Shown here: positions 9,437-19,624 of the stretch, one piece after another
How positions within the stretch are numbered: position 1 is the stretch's first letter
Layout of the letters: each line of letters starts with the position of its first letter
Assembly: GCA_965203805.1 (NCBI GenBank)
Contig: OZ241917.1
Location: forward strand, 1,600,001-1,664,000
Direction of reading: 5' to 3'
Source: Candidatus Latescibacterota bacterium
Lineage (GTDB): Bacteria > Latescibacterota > UBA2968 > GCA-2709665
DNA length: 64,000 bases
Position numbers and translations under genes: made by a program
The notes under the pieces: model-generated
Told to the model about the DNA's origin: nothing
Databases searched by the model: none
Seen by the model: only the letters and a program-made list of their open reading frames with translations

Positions 9437-10207
9437 TTATGCGGCAAGCGAATCGTAATTCTCTTTCAGCCACGTGTTTTCTTCTTTCAGTTCCGCAAGA
9501 TCCCCACGTTGGTAGAAGATAGACCACGGGAGGAGTCCTCGGCTCCCCAGAGTCTCGGTCCTGCGGTACTCTTCCAATTGCAGATCGTTCAGGGTGTCCA
9601 GGATTGCGCTGGTATCCGTGCCGTATGTGTCAGAAAGTACAGCTAACCTGGACCTGAGATCCGGCTTATCGGAAAACCCGACTTTACTCCAGTGCGCTTC
9701 GCCTCGGAGAGGCACCGCATACCAGGCAAACTGACTGACATCGCTGAGGGGATCACCCGGCTCGGCAAAGTCCCAGTCGATTATTCCTTTCAATTTTCGC
9801 CCTTCCCAGACAGTATTCCAGGGTCCAAGATCCCCGTGCCGGATGATCATCCCGGGTCGCCAGGCTACATTGGGAACAACCCATTCGGCATCCCCGGACG
9901 GCTCGAAATCCCTCACTGCATTGTGATATCGGGACAGATAAAGCGCGACCTCGGCAAGGCCCTTTTTCTCGAGCATCACCTCCGGCCATGGTCGCCGGGC
10001 AACCTCTCCAGGGATAAACGAAAGCACCTCGCGTCCGAGTTCGTCGAATCCGAGGACACGAGGAACTCCTGAAAAGCCAACCGCCTCCAGGTAACGCAGC
10101 AGGGCATGCACGGCCGGCGTCCACCTGTGGACAGGTCTGCGCACGGTATCTCCAATCCGCACAACGGGATTGACACAACCCTGGTCGGATTCGCCCTCTT
10201 GCATCAT
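9437..10207 (-). CDS. aminoglycoside phosphotransferase-like kinase (paralog of 17563)
   Basis: HGDLGPWN, IIDWD. Confidence 0.9.
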   Translation of the reverse strand: MMQEGESDQGCVNPVVRIGDTVRRPVHRWTPAVHALLRYLEAVGFSGVPRVLGFDELGREVLSFIPGEVARRPWPEVMLEKKGLAEVALYLSRYHNAVRDFEPSGDAEWVVPNVAWRPGMIIRHGDLGPWNTVWEGRKLKGIIDWDFAEPGDPLSDVSQFAWYAVPLRGEAHWSKVGFSDKPDLRSRLAVLSDTYGTDTSAILDTLNDLQLEEYRRTETLGSRGLLPWSIFYQRGDLAELKEENTWLKENYDSLAA

Positions 10208-10259
10208 CGTCAGATTCTCCCAATCCTGATTTGATTGCCCTCTTGTTTGGCCTCATGTC

Positions 10260-10349
10260 TCGCTACGATATGCCAGTTTGCGAACCGCCAAGGTGGCTGC
10301 CGACAGCCTGATCGGCAACGGCGCCGCAGCGCAAGACGGGCTGTTAGCA
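10260..10349 (-). repeat. attC-like site
   Basis: GCCAGTTTGCGAACC..CGCAGCGCAA..CTGTTAGCA; left core eroded. Confidence 0.75.
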
Positions 10350-10372
10350 GACGTCGCCAGTAGCATTCATCG

Positions 10373-11239
10373 TCACATCAGATCCGGTTCAGGGAGTCCA
10401 AGTTCCTTGACCGTCCACTGAAGACCTGTAATGAGCTGCGCCTGCTGCAGTTTGCGAACCAACGGCGCGTGGGGCAGATCCGGCAACCCTGCACGCGAAG
10501 CGAAATACCCCGTAACGTACGACGCCAGGCGACCGGCGTCCGGAAGAATATCCTGTGGAGACGGTCCACCCTCGTGGCGAAGGCCGGGCAGCCAGAAAGC
10601 AATGTCGAGATCGGGATTGCCGGAGCAGGCGTTGTTCCAGTCGATTAGAACGGCCCGGTCGTCACGAAAGCAGATGTTGTCGCTTCTCACGTCAAGGTGG
10701 ACAAGCGCATTGCCTTCAGGTTCAACTCTATCGTGCGCCTCCAGGAGGGTGGGCAGACACTTTGTCAACCACGATTCGCTTGCGACGCGTATCGACAGGA
10801 AGGCCTCCGGGTGCGACGCGACTTCGTGCCATCCGCGATGCGTGAAGATGTCCTGATATTCGGGCACACTCGCCTGGCTCCCGTGTATCGCTGCCAGACT
10901 GTCAAGAACCCTATCGACGCGAGAAGCCGTCCAGGGCGGTGGCCACGCGTTCCCGGTCAGGTCCTCCAATATCAATAGAGGAGGTTCCTCCTCATCATAG
11001 GCCAATACGGCCGCCATGAAATCGCCGGAAAGCTGGCGGTAGACCAGAATCTCGGAATACAGCCACGCGCTGGTGCGCCGGTCCGTAGCGCACTTTGCAA
11101 ATGCCGTGTTGCCGTCCCGGAATCTTACGATTCTCCGGCAGGCGTTTGTGTAACCTCCCTGAACCGGTAACAGCCGGTCCACTTCCCGTCCGGTCAGGTC
11201 CGCTATTCGCGATTCAAGTACTTCGCAGCTATAATCCAT
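10373..11239 (-). CDS. APH-family phosphotransferase
   Basis: QGGYT, FAK, HLDVRSDN, LIDW; start chosen at MDYSCE. Confidence 0.85.
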   Translation of the reverse strand: MDYSCEVLESRIADLTGREVDRLLPVQGGYTNACRRIVRFRDGNTAFAKCATDRRTSAWLYSEILVYRQLSGDFMAAVLAYDEEEPPLLILEDLTGNAWPPPWTASRVDRVLDSLAAIHGSQASVPEYQDIFTHRGWHEVASHPEAFLSIRVASESWLTKCLPTLLEAHDRVEPEGNALVHLDVRSDNICFRDDRAVLIDWNNACSGNPDLDIAFWLPGLRHEGGPSPQDILPDAGRLASYVTGYFASRAGLPDLPHAPLVRKLQQAQLITGLQWTVKELGLPEPDLM

Positions 11240-11392
11240 GGCCCGCCTGAAGGAGATAACAGACAACGTCGCACCGTATTGCGTACCTCGAAGGCGATTG
11301 AAGAAGACCAGCGCGTCATCCGTCAAGCTGAGGACAGGTCTTACCGCAAAGCGGAAGCCGGTTGTCAGTCGGTAAACGGGTTTTCGCGGGGC

Positions 11393-12013
11393 CTACCGGC
11401 AGGTCTTCGATAGCGGCTGGTCCTCAGACACCGTGACATATCTCCACGGAATTGTGATCCCCTTGTCCTTTCTGATCGCCTGAATTCCCGGCGCGACGTG
11501 CCCGCCGCGGTAATCCGAAACAGGAACCAGGGAGTGGACAGTCGCACGTACGACTTCGTGCCCCGTTCGACAGTCGTATCCGAGATCCAACGCCGGACGC
11601 CGGCGCCTGGTTACATGCTTGCACTCGAAACCGTGAGCGTGGTCGACGACATACAGACCGGGAAAATCAGACGGCACCTCTATCCGAAGCAGGTAGTCGC
11701 CCACGACCTGTCGTACCATTTCAAGTGGCAGATCGCCGAAATGTGACCCGCTAAGCCATTTCGGGTCTGGCACCAGCAAGCCCTCAACAAAGAAACATCC
11801 CTCGAATTCCGGCGTCAGATCGGTCGCGAGAACCGGAAGCCTTGCCCGCAGGCCTCCCGAGTCCATAATCTCGTCGAGTTTGTTCCGGTGGGTGTAGTGA
11901 TAGAATACGACATTGCCCGTATCGGATTTCTCGATCCTGGCAGGATCTCCTCTGTACCCGAGGTCGGCCAGGAACATCCCCCTGCTCGTGAGAAAGGTCT
12001 CGCAGATTCTCAT
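11393..12013 (-). CDS. hypothetical protein
   Basis: 206-aa ORF, co-oriented; FYHYT..IMDSGGL. Confidence 0.65.
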   Translation of the reverse strand: MRICETFLTSRGMFLADLGYRGDPARIEKSDTGNVVFYHYTHRNKLDEIMDSGGLRARLPVLATDLTPEFEGCFFVEGLLVPDPKWLSGSHFGDLPLEMVRQVVGDYLLRIEVPSDFPGLYVVDHAHGFECKHVTRRRRPALDLGYDCRTGHEVVRATVHSLVPVSDYRGGHVAPGIQAIRKDKGITIPWRYVTVSEDQPLSKTCR

Positions 12014-12066
12014 GATGCCAAACCGGAATTTCAGAGTTACAAGAGATGGAAACGCCGGTGTATTGC

Positions 12067-12969
12067 TCAGTTCGGCGCTTGCGCAAAAGACGCAACGGAT
12101 GATGTGTACGCATGACCTCCCGCCAGCCTTCGTTTCTCAATACAACGACGAAGTTCGTCAGACTCCCAGTTCCCGCCCTCGGCCTCCTCACGCCACTTCA
12201 TATTGTATATTTCTCGCTTGCAGACGTCCAGGTGCTTTGGGGTCAGCGTGAGCCACGTCTTCCCTGAAGTGACACTTCCGAAGCCGTTGAAGCAAGGGGA
12301 GTGCATGTAGAGCAAGTTCTTCGCCAGGTACGTCAGATAGTCTTCCGAACTGTACCTGGCTCCATTGTAACTCAACTCGTCGTTGCAGAAAACGGGCTTA
12401 TGTCGGCAGAGTCGGTCCCTGGTCTCCCACGGGCTCAGGATCAGTCCTTCGGAGTCACAAAGAAACGCATTGTACGATGGGTCAACCATCACCCACTTCG
12501 AGAGAGAAGCACACCAGACCACGGTAACCAGATGATTGTCATAGTCGTATGGATTCAGGGGATTCAGAGATGCGATTCGGCTCCGCATTCCCAGAGACAG
12601 GCAGGCCTCAGTCAGCACAATAGACAGCATGAAGCAGTTGATGCCACAGTCCTCACCCTTTCCGAACGAATACCTCAAGAGTCCCAATGCGTTCATGGGC
12701 AGGGACTTGCAGACTTCGGGCCGCGATTTGGTGATGTCGCCTCGGTGGAATACGCCTTCAGACATCCACCGCATTAAATTAAGGACCCTGGACCATTCGT
12801 CTCCACTTCCGGCAACCTGGTCAAACCCGTATGCTTCGCGCAGCCGCTCGAGCTCAGGATGTGAGACCTCGTATTGGAAGCCTGGCGCCGACTCGTCCGG
12901 TAACGAATCAAACTCGTCAAACAAGCGTAAAAGCCCGCAGTTTAGCCTGAACTGGTAATTCATCGTCAC
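12067..12969 (-). CDS. transglutaminase-like domain protein
   Basis: INCFMLS..H(LVTVVW)..WVMVDP Cys-His-Asp pattern. Confidence 0.8.
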   Translation of the reverse strand: MTMNYQFRLNCGLLRLFDEFDSLPDESAPGFQYEVSHPELERLREAYGFDQVAGSGDEWSRVLNLMRWMSEGVFHRGDITKSRPEVCKSLPMNALGLLRYSFGKGEDCGINCFMLSIVLTEACLSLGMRSRIASLNPLNPYDYDNHLVTVVWCASLSKWVMVDPSYNAFLCDSEGLILSPWETRDRLCRHKPVFCNDELSYNGARYSSEDYLTYLAKNLLYMHSPCFNGFGSVTSGKTWLTLTPKHLDVCKREIYNMKWREEAEGGNWESDELRRCIEKRRLAGGHAYTSSVASFAQAPN

Positions 12970-13003
12970 TGCCTCAAGTTATGTTGATTCTCTCTTCCCA
13001 CTT

Positions 13004-13105
13004 TATAAATCGTTCATCCGTTACCGAACCCCGGGAGCACAGCGAAGTGGGTTGCCGGAGCCCAAGCCGCCACCGGCCCCGCAGCGCAACACCGTGCTTT
13101 TAGAC
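13004..13105 (-). repeat. attC-like site (degenerate)
   Basis: CGAACCCC..GGTTGCCGG..CCGCAGCGCAACACCGTGCTTTTAGAC; stop codon of the 13100 gene in the core. Confidence 0.7.
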
Positions 13106-14548
13106 GGTGTCGCCCCCTGCATTCAGATGCTGATCAGCAAATCTTTGGTAGACATCAGAGTCCGGTTTGCTCGCGCTGTGGAGCCAATTCACTGATGTCG
13201 CCATCATATAGGGACGCCACATTGGACTTACGATTCCGTAATTTTGGAATATCGCGACTGGGAACTTGTAGTCGTGTGCGTCAGGGTTGGCCTTTCTCTG
13301 GACAAGCTGACGCGATCTGCGCAAAAACGTGTCCAGGCCAAACGCCTTCTTGCCATATGTGAACGCCAACTTCTCCGCTTCTTCAATTCCAGACCTGTCC
13401 TCTATCTGTTGCCTCATCTCTCGACTTGGGAGCAGCGAGAACACTTCCTCCGTCGCGTCCTCACTCGATTCAATGCCTTCCTTCGGGGCAAGGTCCGTAA
13501 TCTTCCTGTCCCGCAAATTCCCGTGTTCGTGCTCAATGCCAATAAAGTTCGCGACCCATCCCACCGCTTGCAACAGAACGAAGAGCCGAGTCGTCTGACT
13601 CACAGTATCCTCGAACGCATAGTGCATCGCGTTGGCTACGGTATTCGAATGCAATGGACGCGTGTTAATGCCTCCGGATCCTGCGTATCCCCCCTGTTTA
13701 TGTCGGTGCATGAACTCACCAGCCGAAAGGAAGACTGCGTCCCAGACTGCTCCGGCAGGCACCCCAGAATCGACTATCTGACGGTACGCCATATCAGTGG
13801 CGCGATCCATCTCGCCAGCGCGAATCTCCGAAAGCAACTCCAAAGTCGAGGTCTCATCGAAGCCTGCTCTCACCCAATCTGGCGCCAAACTCGAAGCCCT
13901 CGTGGCTCGTTCCATGTTCTCTCGGTATGGTTGCGAATCCAAGTCCCCAACGCGAGACATCAGATCCGATACGATGAATCGAAGGATTGGCTCAGAGTAG
14001 TGCCATCCCACGGTTTGGAGACTTCGCCAACAATTAGCGACAGCTATGATCTTGTGGCCGATGAAGCCCCATTCCTTCGCCCCATAGTGCCAGAGTTCCT
14101 CGATAATGTCACGCGGGCTCCACGACCTACTCAGCCCAATCAGGGATCGCTCGGCTCGCCCTTGATCCCAGGAGTCCATCGCTTCTCTGAATTCCAGCAA
14201 TGCTTTATCGCCCGTTGGGTATACGCCTTCCAGAGCGTCACGTGGCGGCTTTGCGTAATTCTCTTGAGCCCTCTTCAGGCTGTCGAGACCCCAAAAGACA
14301 GGGATGAGTCGGTCTGCCCCAACTGAATCCAGGCTCATCTGATGAGCGGAATAAACCAGATACACTTCGTGATGCGTGCCTTCACAGGAACTGGCGGCAA
14401 CCAGTAGGGCTGCAAGTGCCTGCCTGTACGTGAGCCCCTTTCTGAATTCGTCGGCAAGCATCTCAACCGCTCCTTCACGCGGCACATCTATCATTCGCTT
14501 GACAATGGGCTGAAGAGCCTCGCTCAGCTCTGTATGTCGTAGCGTCAT
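13100..14548 (-). CDS. conserved hypothetical protein
   Basis: 482-aa ORF; FIGHKII, LHSNTVANA, DAHDYKF. Confidence 0.8.
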   Translation of the reverse strand: MTLRHTELSEALQPIVKRMIDVPREGAVEMLADEFRKGLTYRQALAALLVAASSCEGTHHEVYLVYSAHQMSLDSVGADRLIPVFWGLDSLKRAQENYAKPPRDALEGVYPTGDKALLEFREAMDSWDQGRAERSLIGLSRSWSPRDIIEELWHYGAKEWGFIGHKIIAVANCWRSLQTVGWHYSEPILRFIVSDLMSRVGDLDSQPYRENMERATRASSLAPDWVRAGFDETSTLELLSEIRAGEMDRATDMAYRQIVDSGVPAGAVWDAVFLSAGEFMHRHKQGGYAGSGGINTRPLHSNTVANAMHYAFEDTVSQTTRLFVLLQAVGWVANFIGIEHEHGNLRDRKITDLAPKEGIESSEDATEEVFSLLPSREMRQQIEDRSGIEEAEKLAFTYGKKAFGLDTFLRRSRQLVQRKANPDAHDYKFPVAIFQNYGIVSPMWRPYMMATSVNWLHSASKPDSDVYQRFADQHLNAGGDTV

Positions 14549-14578
14549 GGGTTCACCTCATACCTATTGGGCGATGCC

Positions 14579-14669
14579 GTCTAACGTTTCGCCGGTTTGC
14601 GAACCGTGAAGTTGGTTGCCCAAGGCAAAGGCGGCGGTAGCCGTCGCAGCACAGACCGTGCTGTTGCAT
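14579..14669 (-). repeat. attC-like site
   Basis: GTCTAACGTTTCGCCGGTTTGCGAACC..GGTTGCC..CGCAGCACAGACCGTGCTGTTGCAT. Confidence 0.85.
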
Positions 14670-14696
14670 CTCGGTCGGGCCTTACAATGCAGACCA

Positions 14697-15305
14697 CTAT
14701 TTCGACAGAAGCCTTTGCCAGCGATGACCTTCGGGATACAAGACCTCCAGCCCGGCTCCCAACCATCTCTTTGCCTCGGCGGACATCAGCGGCAGGCACG
14801 TCTGAAAGTCCAGGTCATCTTTCGAACGAGGGTTCCTGGCTTTGTACAGAAGTTGGACCTCGATCCGTATACAGGGAACACTCCTGTATGCAACGATCAA
14901 TTCTCGTCGTGGCCCGCCAATCCGTCTGCTGCGCTTGCTGAACCACCTGTCGCCTTCGCTTTCAGTCAACATGATCTGAAGCTGCCATGCCTGTATGCCG
15001 GTATGGCCCCAGATGTCATGTATCCCGTAAGGCAAGTATTCTGATTCGGCCCATGGTCGCAATGAACCGGGTGGATCGGCCGCGTACAGATGCCAATCCG
15101 AGAGCCAACGATGTACGTCGATTTGCTGATCGCGAAACACGATGACGTCGATATCACCGTGGTCCCGGACACGCTTTCCCACGAACTGCTCAACCGCATA
15201 GCCACCGGCGAGTCCCCACAGGAAAGGAGCGCCAGCGAACAATTGCGTCAGTTCCTGGACGGACAACGGTTGCCACTGGCTAAACGGAATCTCAGGAGTG
15301 GTCAT
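14697..15305 (-). CDS. aminoglycoside adenylyltransferase-like nucleotidyltransferase
   Basis: LAGGYAVE..RDHGDIDV; LLYKA..KDDLDF. Confidence 0.85.
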   Translation of the reverse strand: MTTPEIPFSQWQPLSVQELTQLFAGAPFLWGLAGGYAVEQFVGKRVRDHGDIDVIVFRDQQIDVHRWLSDWHLYAADPPGSLRPWAESEYLPYGIHDIWGHTGIQAWQLQIMLTESEGDRWFSKRSRRIGGPRRELIVAYRSVPCIRIEVQLLYKARNPRSKDDLDFQTCLPLMSAEAKRWLGAGLEVLYPEGHRWQRLLSK

Positions 15306-15335
15306 ACAGTTCGCATTCTGCGCACAAACGGCGTC

Positions 15336-15385
15336 CGCTAACGCGCGAGCATTGCGGACGCAGCACCTCGTCAATCAGTGTATGA
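15336..15385 (-). repeat. partial attC-like site (subtype shared with 50222)
   Basis: CGCTAAC..GAGCATTGC..TGTATGAG also at 50222-50272. Confidence 0.5.
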
Positions 15386-15453
15386 GATTCCAGGCACCCA
15401 GTCAACGAATCTCGCAGGGCCGTTTGGGTGAAGTGACGAAAAAGCTGAGAATC

Positions 15454-17268
15454 TTACAGATCTTCATTCGGCATCTGTGGATGTTGTGCAGGAAAGAGCA
15501 CATCCATTAGGGCTGCCGCGTCACCACTAAGCAACATGCCCGACCGTTCGGCAATTTCATCGGGTGCTTCTTTTCCAATGATGATTTGTGCGAACTCATG
15601 ACCACTTTCAATGGTGTGATCTGCTTTGCCGCCAGGCTGCACAGAGACTTCACTGTTGTCGATGGATAGAATTGCAGACTGATCCGGGATGGAAATCCGA
15701 AATGTGCCCATGAAATCTCTGAGATTCGATTTCCGTAAACGTCGGGATAATTCAGGCGCGATCTTACTCAGCGTCGTCTCAAGGTTGATGATGCGAATCT
15801 GGTTCCCCGTACGACCATTGTGGTTTTTTACTTGATAAAGATGAGGCAACTGCCGCACACGCTGTGCAAGCGCGCTGTGCCAGGGAAGCCGGACAAATGC
15901 CGCCCGGGGTGCGTCGTATTGCCGAGCAAGCTGTCCGACAACCCGCAAAACCATTCCTGGATCACCGGCTGAATCCGTATGACGCAATTCGCGCCCATTG
16001 TGTTCTTCCTTTTTATTCGGGCCATCGTAGAGATAACCCACCGTACGGCCGGTTTTGTCTTTGAAAATGTACGCTGTCCAGGGATCGTCGTCTTCCGGCG
16101 GGCATTTGCCTTTCCGATACGTCGGGCGGACGGTCGTGCCGGTCAATCCGTCGTGCCATCGATTGTGAAGTTCGGCCAGGTCTGTGCGCCCGTGAATCAC
16201 GTTGACATGTACTTCCTCCAGCTCTATTTCCGGTGCTGCTTCGGGCAGGTGCTCGGTGTCGATATAATACGTCTCCTCATCGGGCCAGGCAAGCACGTAG
16301 CCGAAACTCGCAAAGTGATCAAGCGGTTCGGTACGCGTACACGACATATCGTAGCCATGGGCATACAAGGCGTCCAGCGCCGCCTGAAGTGTTTCCGTAT
16401 AGATCCGCTCATCCCGAAAATCGGGATGTACGGTCGGCAGATTGATGCCCCCGGTCCGGACCGTTGCGCTGCCGATGCGCATCGACAGATCGTAAATGCC
16501 TGCGTGTGCGACGACCTCACCATCCATCGTTCCGACCCGCGACGTCCGCCAGTCGTAGTGACTGTGTGCGATGCGTCCGGCGCGACACTGACGGCCGATG
16601 GCGTTCCAGCGCTTGTCCAGCAACTTATAGATACCTTCGCTATGATTCGTTTTATCAGGCGCCAGGACTTCTCGCACTCGGTCAATGAACCGATTGTCCC
16701 GCGAAGGCCGGTTCACATACATATCGTCCTTCACCATATCGAATAGCCTTTCCTTGAGCCGTTTCCGCGCCGACCGCAGCCGGTTCTTCACGACGTCGAC
16801 TGACACGTCCAGAAACATGGCCACTTCCCGCTGTGAATAATCCGAGATGTAGAACAAAGACACGGCCTGACGCTCGGTTTCGGGCAACGTGTTGATTGCT
16901 TTTCGCATAAAATCCCGCATCTCGTTCTCTTCTGTTGTCCGATCCGGATGCTTGTCTTCCGATGCGATCTCGACAAGCCGCTCCATCGATACGATCTCGA
17001 CCTTCTTTCCCCGACGCGTCATCCGATCGCAATATTTGAACACGATCTTGCGCAACAGGGCAGGAAAAGCGAAGACATCGTACACGCGCTCCAGAATCAC
17101 CCAGGCCTCTGTAAACGCCTCCTGCGCCGCGTCCTGCGCCAGGTGAAAATCCCTCAACAACGCGAATCCGTATCCCACGGCGAGATCCTGGAAGTGCGCC
17201 ACAATCTGCTCGTATGCCTTCAGATCTCCTTGCTTTGCGCGCTCGAATATCGGCTTCAGTGTCTCCAT
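15454..17268 (-). CDS. ECF sigma-70 factor fused to an Eis-like GNAT acetyltransferase
   Basis: AQDAAQEAF, YSQREVA..VKNRLRSAR; then TGGINLPTVHPDFR..FGY and an SCP2-like tail. Confidence 0.85.
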   Translation of the reverse strand: METLKPIFERAKQGDLKAYEQIVAHFQDLAVGYGFALLRDFHLAQDAAQEAFTEAWVILERVYDVFAFPALLRKIVFKYCDRMTRRGKKVEIVSMERLVEIASEDKHPDRTTEENEMRDFMRKAINTLPETERQAVSLFYISDYSQREVAMFLDVSVDVVKNRLRSARKRLKERLFDMVKDDMYVNRPSRDNRFIDRVREVLAPDKTNHSEGIYKLLDKRWNAIGRQCRAGRIAHSHYDWRTSRVGTMDGEVVAHAGIYDLSMRIGSATVRTGGINLPTVHPDFRDERIYTETLQAALDALYAHGYDMSCTRTEPLDHFASFGYVLAWPDEETYYIDTEHLPEAAPEIELEEVHVNVIHGRTDLAELHNRWHDGLTGTTVRPTYRKGKCPPEDDDPWTAYIFKDKTGRTVGYLYDGPNKKEEHNGRELRHTDSAGDPGMVLRVVGQLARQYDAPRAAFVRLPWHSALAQRVRQLPHLYQVKNHNGRTGNQIRIINLETTLSKIAPELSRRLRKSNLRDFMGTFRISIPDQSAILSIDNSEVSVQPGGKADHTIESGHEFAQIIIGKEAPDEIAERSGMLLSGDAAALMDVLFPAQHPQMPNEDL

Positions 17269-17562
17269 CTCGCTCCTCTGATTATGAAGGCCTTCACCGA
17301 TAATATCCCAATTGAGGTGGATTTGGTGTACTCATTCTGAGTTTTTTATTTTCTTAGAGAAACAAGAACAACTCAAGATATTAATAAACAACGATTTATA
17401 AAATCCAAGACATGAATGCGAGAGCGCGAGACAGTCCTATACGAAGAAATTCGGCCTGCTTGTGAAAGTCTTGAGACGGGTAGTCGGAAAGGAATGAAAG
17501 GGGGGATTCTTGTAGGCTGGGTTATCGGGGATTATTGTCGGGGCCTGCTATGCATACTACAT

Positions 17563-18333
17563 TCATACGGCAAGCGAATCGTAATTCTCATTAAGCCACG
17601 TGTTTTCTTCTTCCAGTTGCGCAAGGTCCCCACGCTGGTAGAAGATCGACCAGGGGAGGAGTCCCTGCCTGCCCAGAGTCTCGGTCCTCCGGTACTCTTC
17701 CAGTTGCAGGTCGTTCAAGGTGTCCAGAATCGCGTTGGCGTCCGTGCCAAACGTGTCAGAAACGACTGCCAACCTGGACCTGAAATCAGGCTCTTCGGAA
17801 AATCCGGCCTCTCTCCAGTGGTCTTCACCTCGGAGAGGCACCGCGTACCAGGCAAACTGGCTGACATCGCAGAGAGGATCACCCGGTTCAGCGAAGTCCC
17901 AGTCGATTACTCCTTTAAGGGACCGCCCTTCCCAGACAGTATTCCAGGGTCCAAGATCCCCGTGTCGGATGGTCATCCCCGGTCGCCAGGTCACATTGGG
18001 AACAACCCATTCAGCATCCTCTGGCGGCTCGAAATCCCTCACTGCATCGTGATATCCGGACAGGAATCGTGCGACCTCAGCCAGGCCCTCTTCCTCAAGC
18101 ATCACGTCCGGCCATGGTCGCCGGGCAACCTCTCCAGGTACAAACGAAAGTACCTCGCGCCCGAGTTCGTCGAATCCGAGGACACGAGGTACTCCTGTAA
18201 AGCCAACCGACTCCAGGTAGCGCAGCAAGGAATGGACGGCCGGAGTCCACCGATGGACAGGTCGGCGCACGGTGTCCCCAATCCGAACAACGGGATTGAC
18301 ACAACCCTGGTCGGATTCGCCCTCTTGCATCAT
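17563..18333 (-). CDS. APH-like kinase (paralog of 9437)
   Basis: HGDLGPWN, VIDWD. Confidence 0.9.
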   Translation of the reverse strand: MMQEGESDQGCVNPVVRIGDTVRRPVHRWTPAVHSLLRYLESVGFTGVPRVLGFDELGREVLSFVPGEVARRPWPDVMLEEEGLAEVARFLSGYHDAVRDFEPPEDAEWVVPNVTWRPGMTIRHGDLGPWNTVWEGRSLKGVIDWDFAEPGDPLCDVSQFAWYAVPLRGEDHWREAGFSEEPDFRSRLAVVSDTFGTDANAILDTLNDLQLEEYRRTETLGRQGLLPWSIFYQRGDLAQLEEENTWLNENYDSLAV

Positions 18334-18372
18334 CGTCAGATCCTCCCGAGCCTGATAAGTGATTACCGCCCT

Positions 18373-19500
18373 TCAGACCGGTGTTCCGCGCCAGAAATCG
18401 TTGTACGCCGCCAGCGGCCCGTCCCCGTGCGGCCCGGTAGCCAGATCCAGCCCCCCGAAGAGATATACGGAATCGCCCCCCACTGCCATAACGGGGATTC
18501 GCCTGACACCGGGACGTTCGGCGCCGGCAGAGTAATCCTTCGCACCGTTGTGTGGATACAGACAGTCCCACCGGCCGGCACGAAGATCGTACTGCCACAG
18601 ATCGTTCAGCTGGGGGTGCTCCCCTTCCCCTCCTGCATATCCTCCGAACAGATACAGGTGATCTCCGATCACAGCGTATCCCAGCCCGTACCGGGGGGAA
18701 GGCCGCGCAACATCATCCGCCCGGTTCTCCTGAATGCAGGTCCAGGCGCCTCTGTCGGGATCGTATTCCCACAGATCGTTGAAGAACTCCGGCGCTCGCC
18801 CCTGACTATCCCGACCGCCCCACAGGTAGAGCCTGCCGTTCCAGCCGACAAGCACGGGACAGTATCGTTTCGGCGGCCAACCGTCGAGACCGTTCGATGC
18901 AGGCCCCAGGTACTCCCATTTCCCGGCCGGCGGTTTGCAGGTCCACAGCTGGGCGTGCGTCATCGCGCCATGTCCCCCCATCAGATACAGGGAATCACTC
19001 AGAGCGACCGCCCCCATGCCGCCCGACCCGGCGGGACGATGCCCATCCGCCGTTATCCCTGATGCGCGCCCGTCGTCGGGCTCTATCAGCTCCCACGAGG
19101 CTCTTTTCGGATCGTAGGCCCAGAGATCGTTCAGCTTGATCGCCCCCTTGCCGGGGCCCCGCACTGAGGACCCGCCGAAGAGATAAAGCCTGCCGTTCAC
19201 GGGCAGCCAGGTCGTGAGCTTCCGGGTGCACGGTCTGGTATCGGACGGTCTGAACCCGATCCGCCCATCGTGGTCTTCCAACCGCGTCCACCGGCCTCGA
19301 CCCGGGTCGTAGCGCCACAGGTCGTTCATCGAGCCCTGGACGGAGAGATCTCCAGGTCCTTTCGGCCGGCCGTACATCACTTTTATCCCCCCGAACAGGT
19401 AGACGCATCCATCGTAGCTCGACATGCCGCCGAACACCGCCCGCCTGCAGGGTACATCCTCCACCTGCTCCTGGTCGGGATGCAGCAGTTCCCACTTCAT
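18373..19500 (-). CDS. kelch repeat protein
   Basis: Repeated LYLFGG..NDLW.YD..W. Confidence 0.9.
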   Translation of the reverse strand: MKWELLHPDQEQVEDVPCRRAVFGGMSSYDGCVYLFGGIKVMYGRPKGPGDLSVQGSMNDLWRYDPGRGRWTRLEDHDGRIGFRPSDTRPCTRKLTTWLPVNGRLYLFGGSSVRGPGKGAIKLNDLWAYDPKRASWELIEPDDGRASGITADGHRPAGSGGMGAVALSDSLYLMGGHGAMTHAQLWTCKPPAGKWEYLGPASNGLDGWPPKRYCPVLVGWNGRLYLWGGRDSQGRAPEFFNDLWEYDPDRGAWTCIQENRADDVARPSPRYGLGYAVIGDHLYLFGGYAGGEGEHPQLNDLWQYDLRAGRWDCLYPHNGAKDYSAGAERPGVRRIPVMAVGGDSVYLFGGLDLATGPHGDGPLAAYNDFWRGTPV

Positions 19501-19624
19501 CGCGGACCTCCGAACGGCCTGACTTGCGATCCTGCGGAGAAAGTTCGGCAACTTCCATTCGTAGCCGATCCCCGAGTCGGCGAAGCGACGAATCCCGCAG
19601 ATAAGTCCCGCAACGGGCGCATGC

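Noticed and set aside
17416-19062. Long plus-strand ORFs (also 13244-14326, 22514-23809, 32076-33056, 56847-57959, 60204-61646)
   Set aside because: Antisense shadows of well-supported minus-strand genes in GC-rich DNA, with no recognisable motifs
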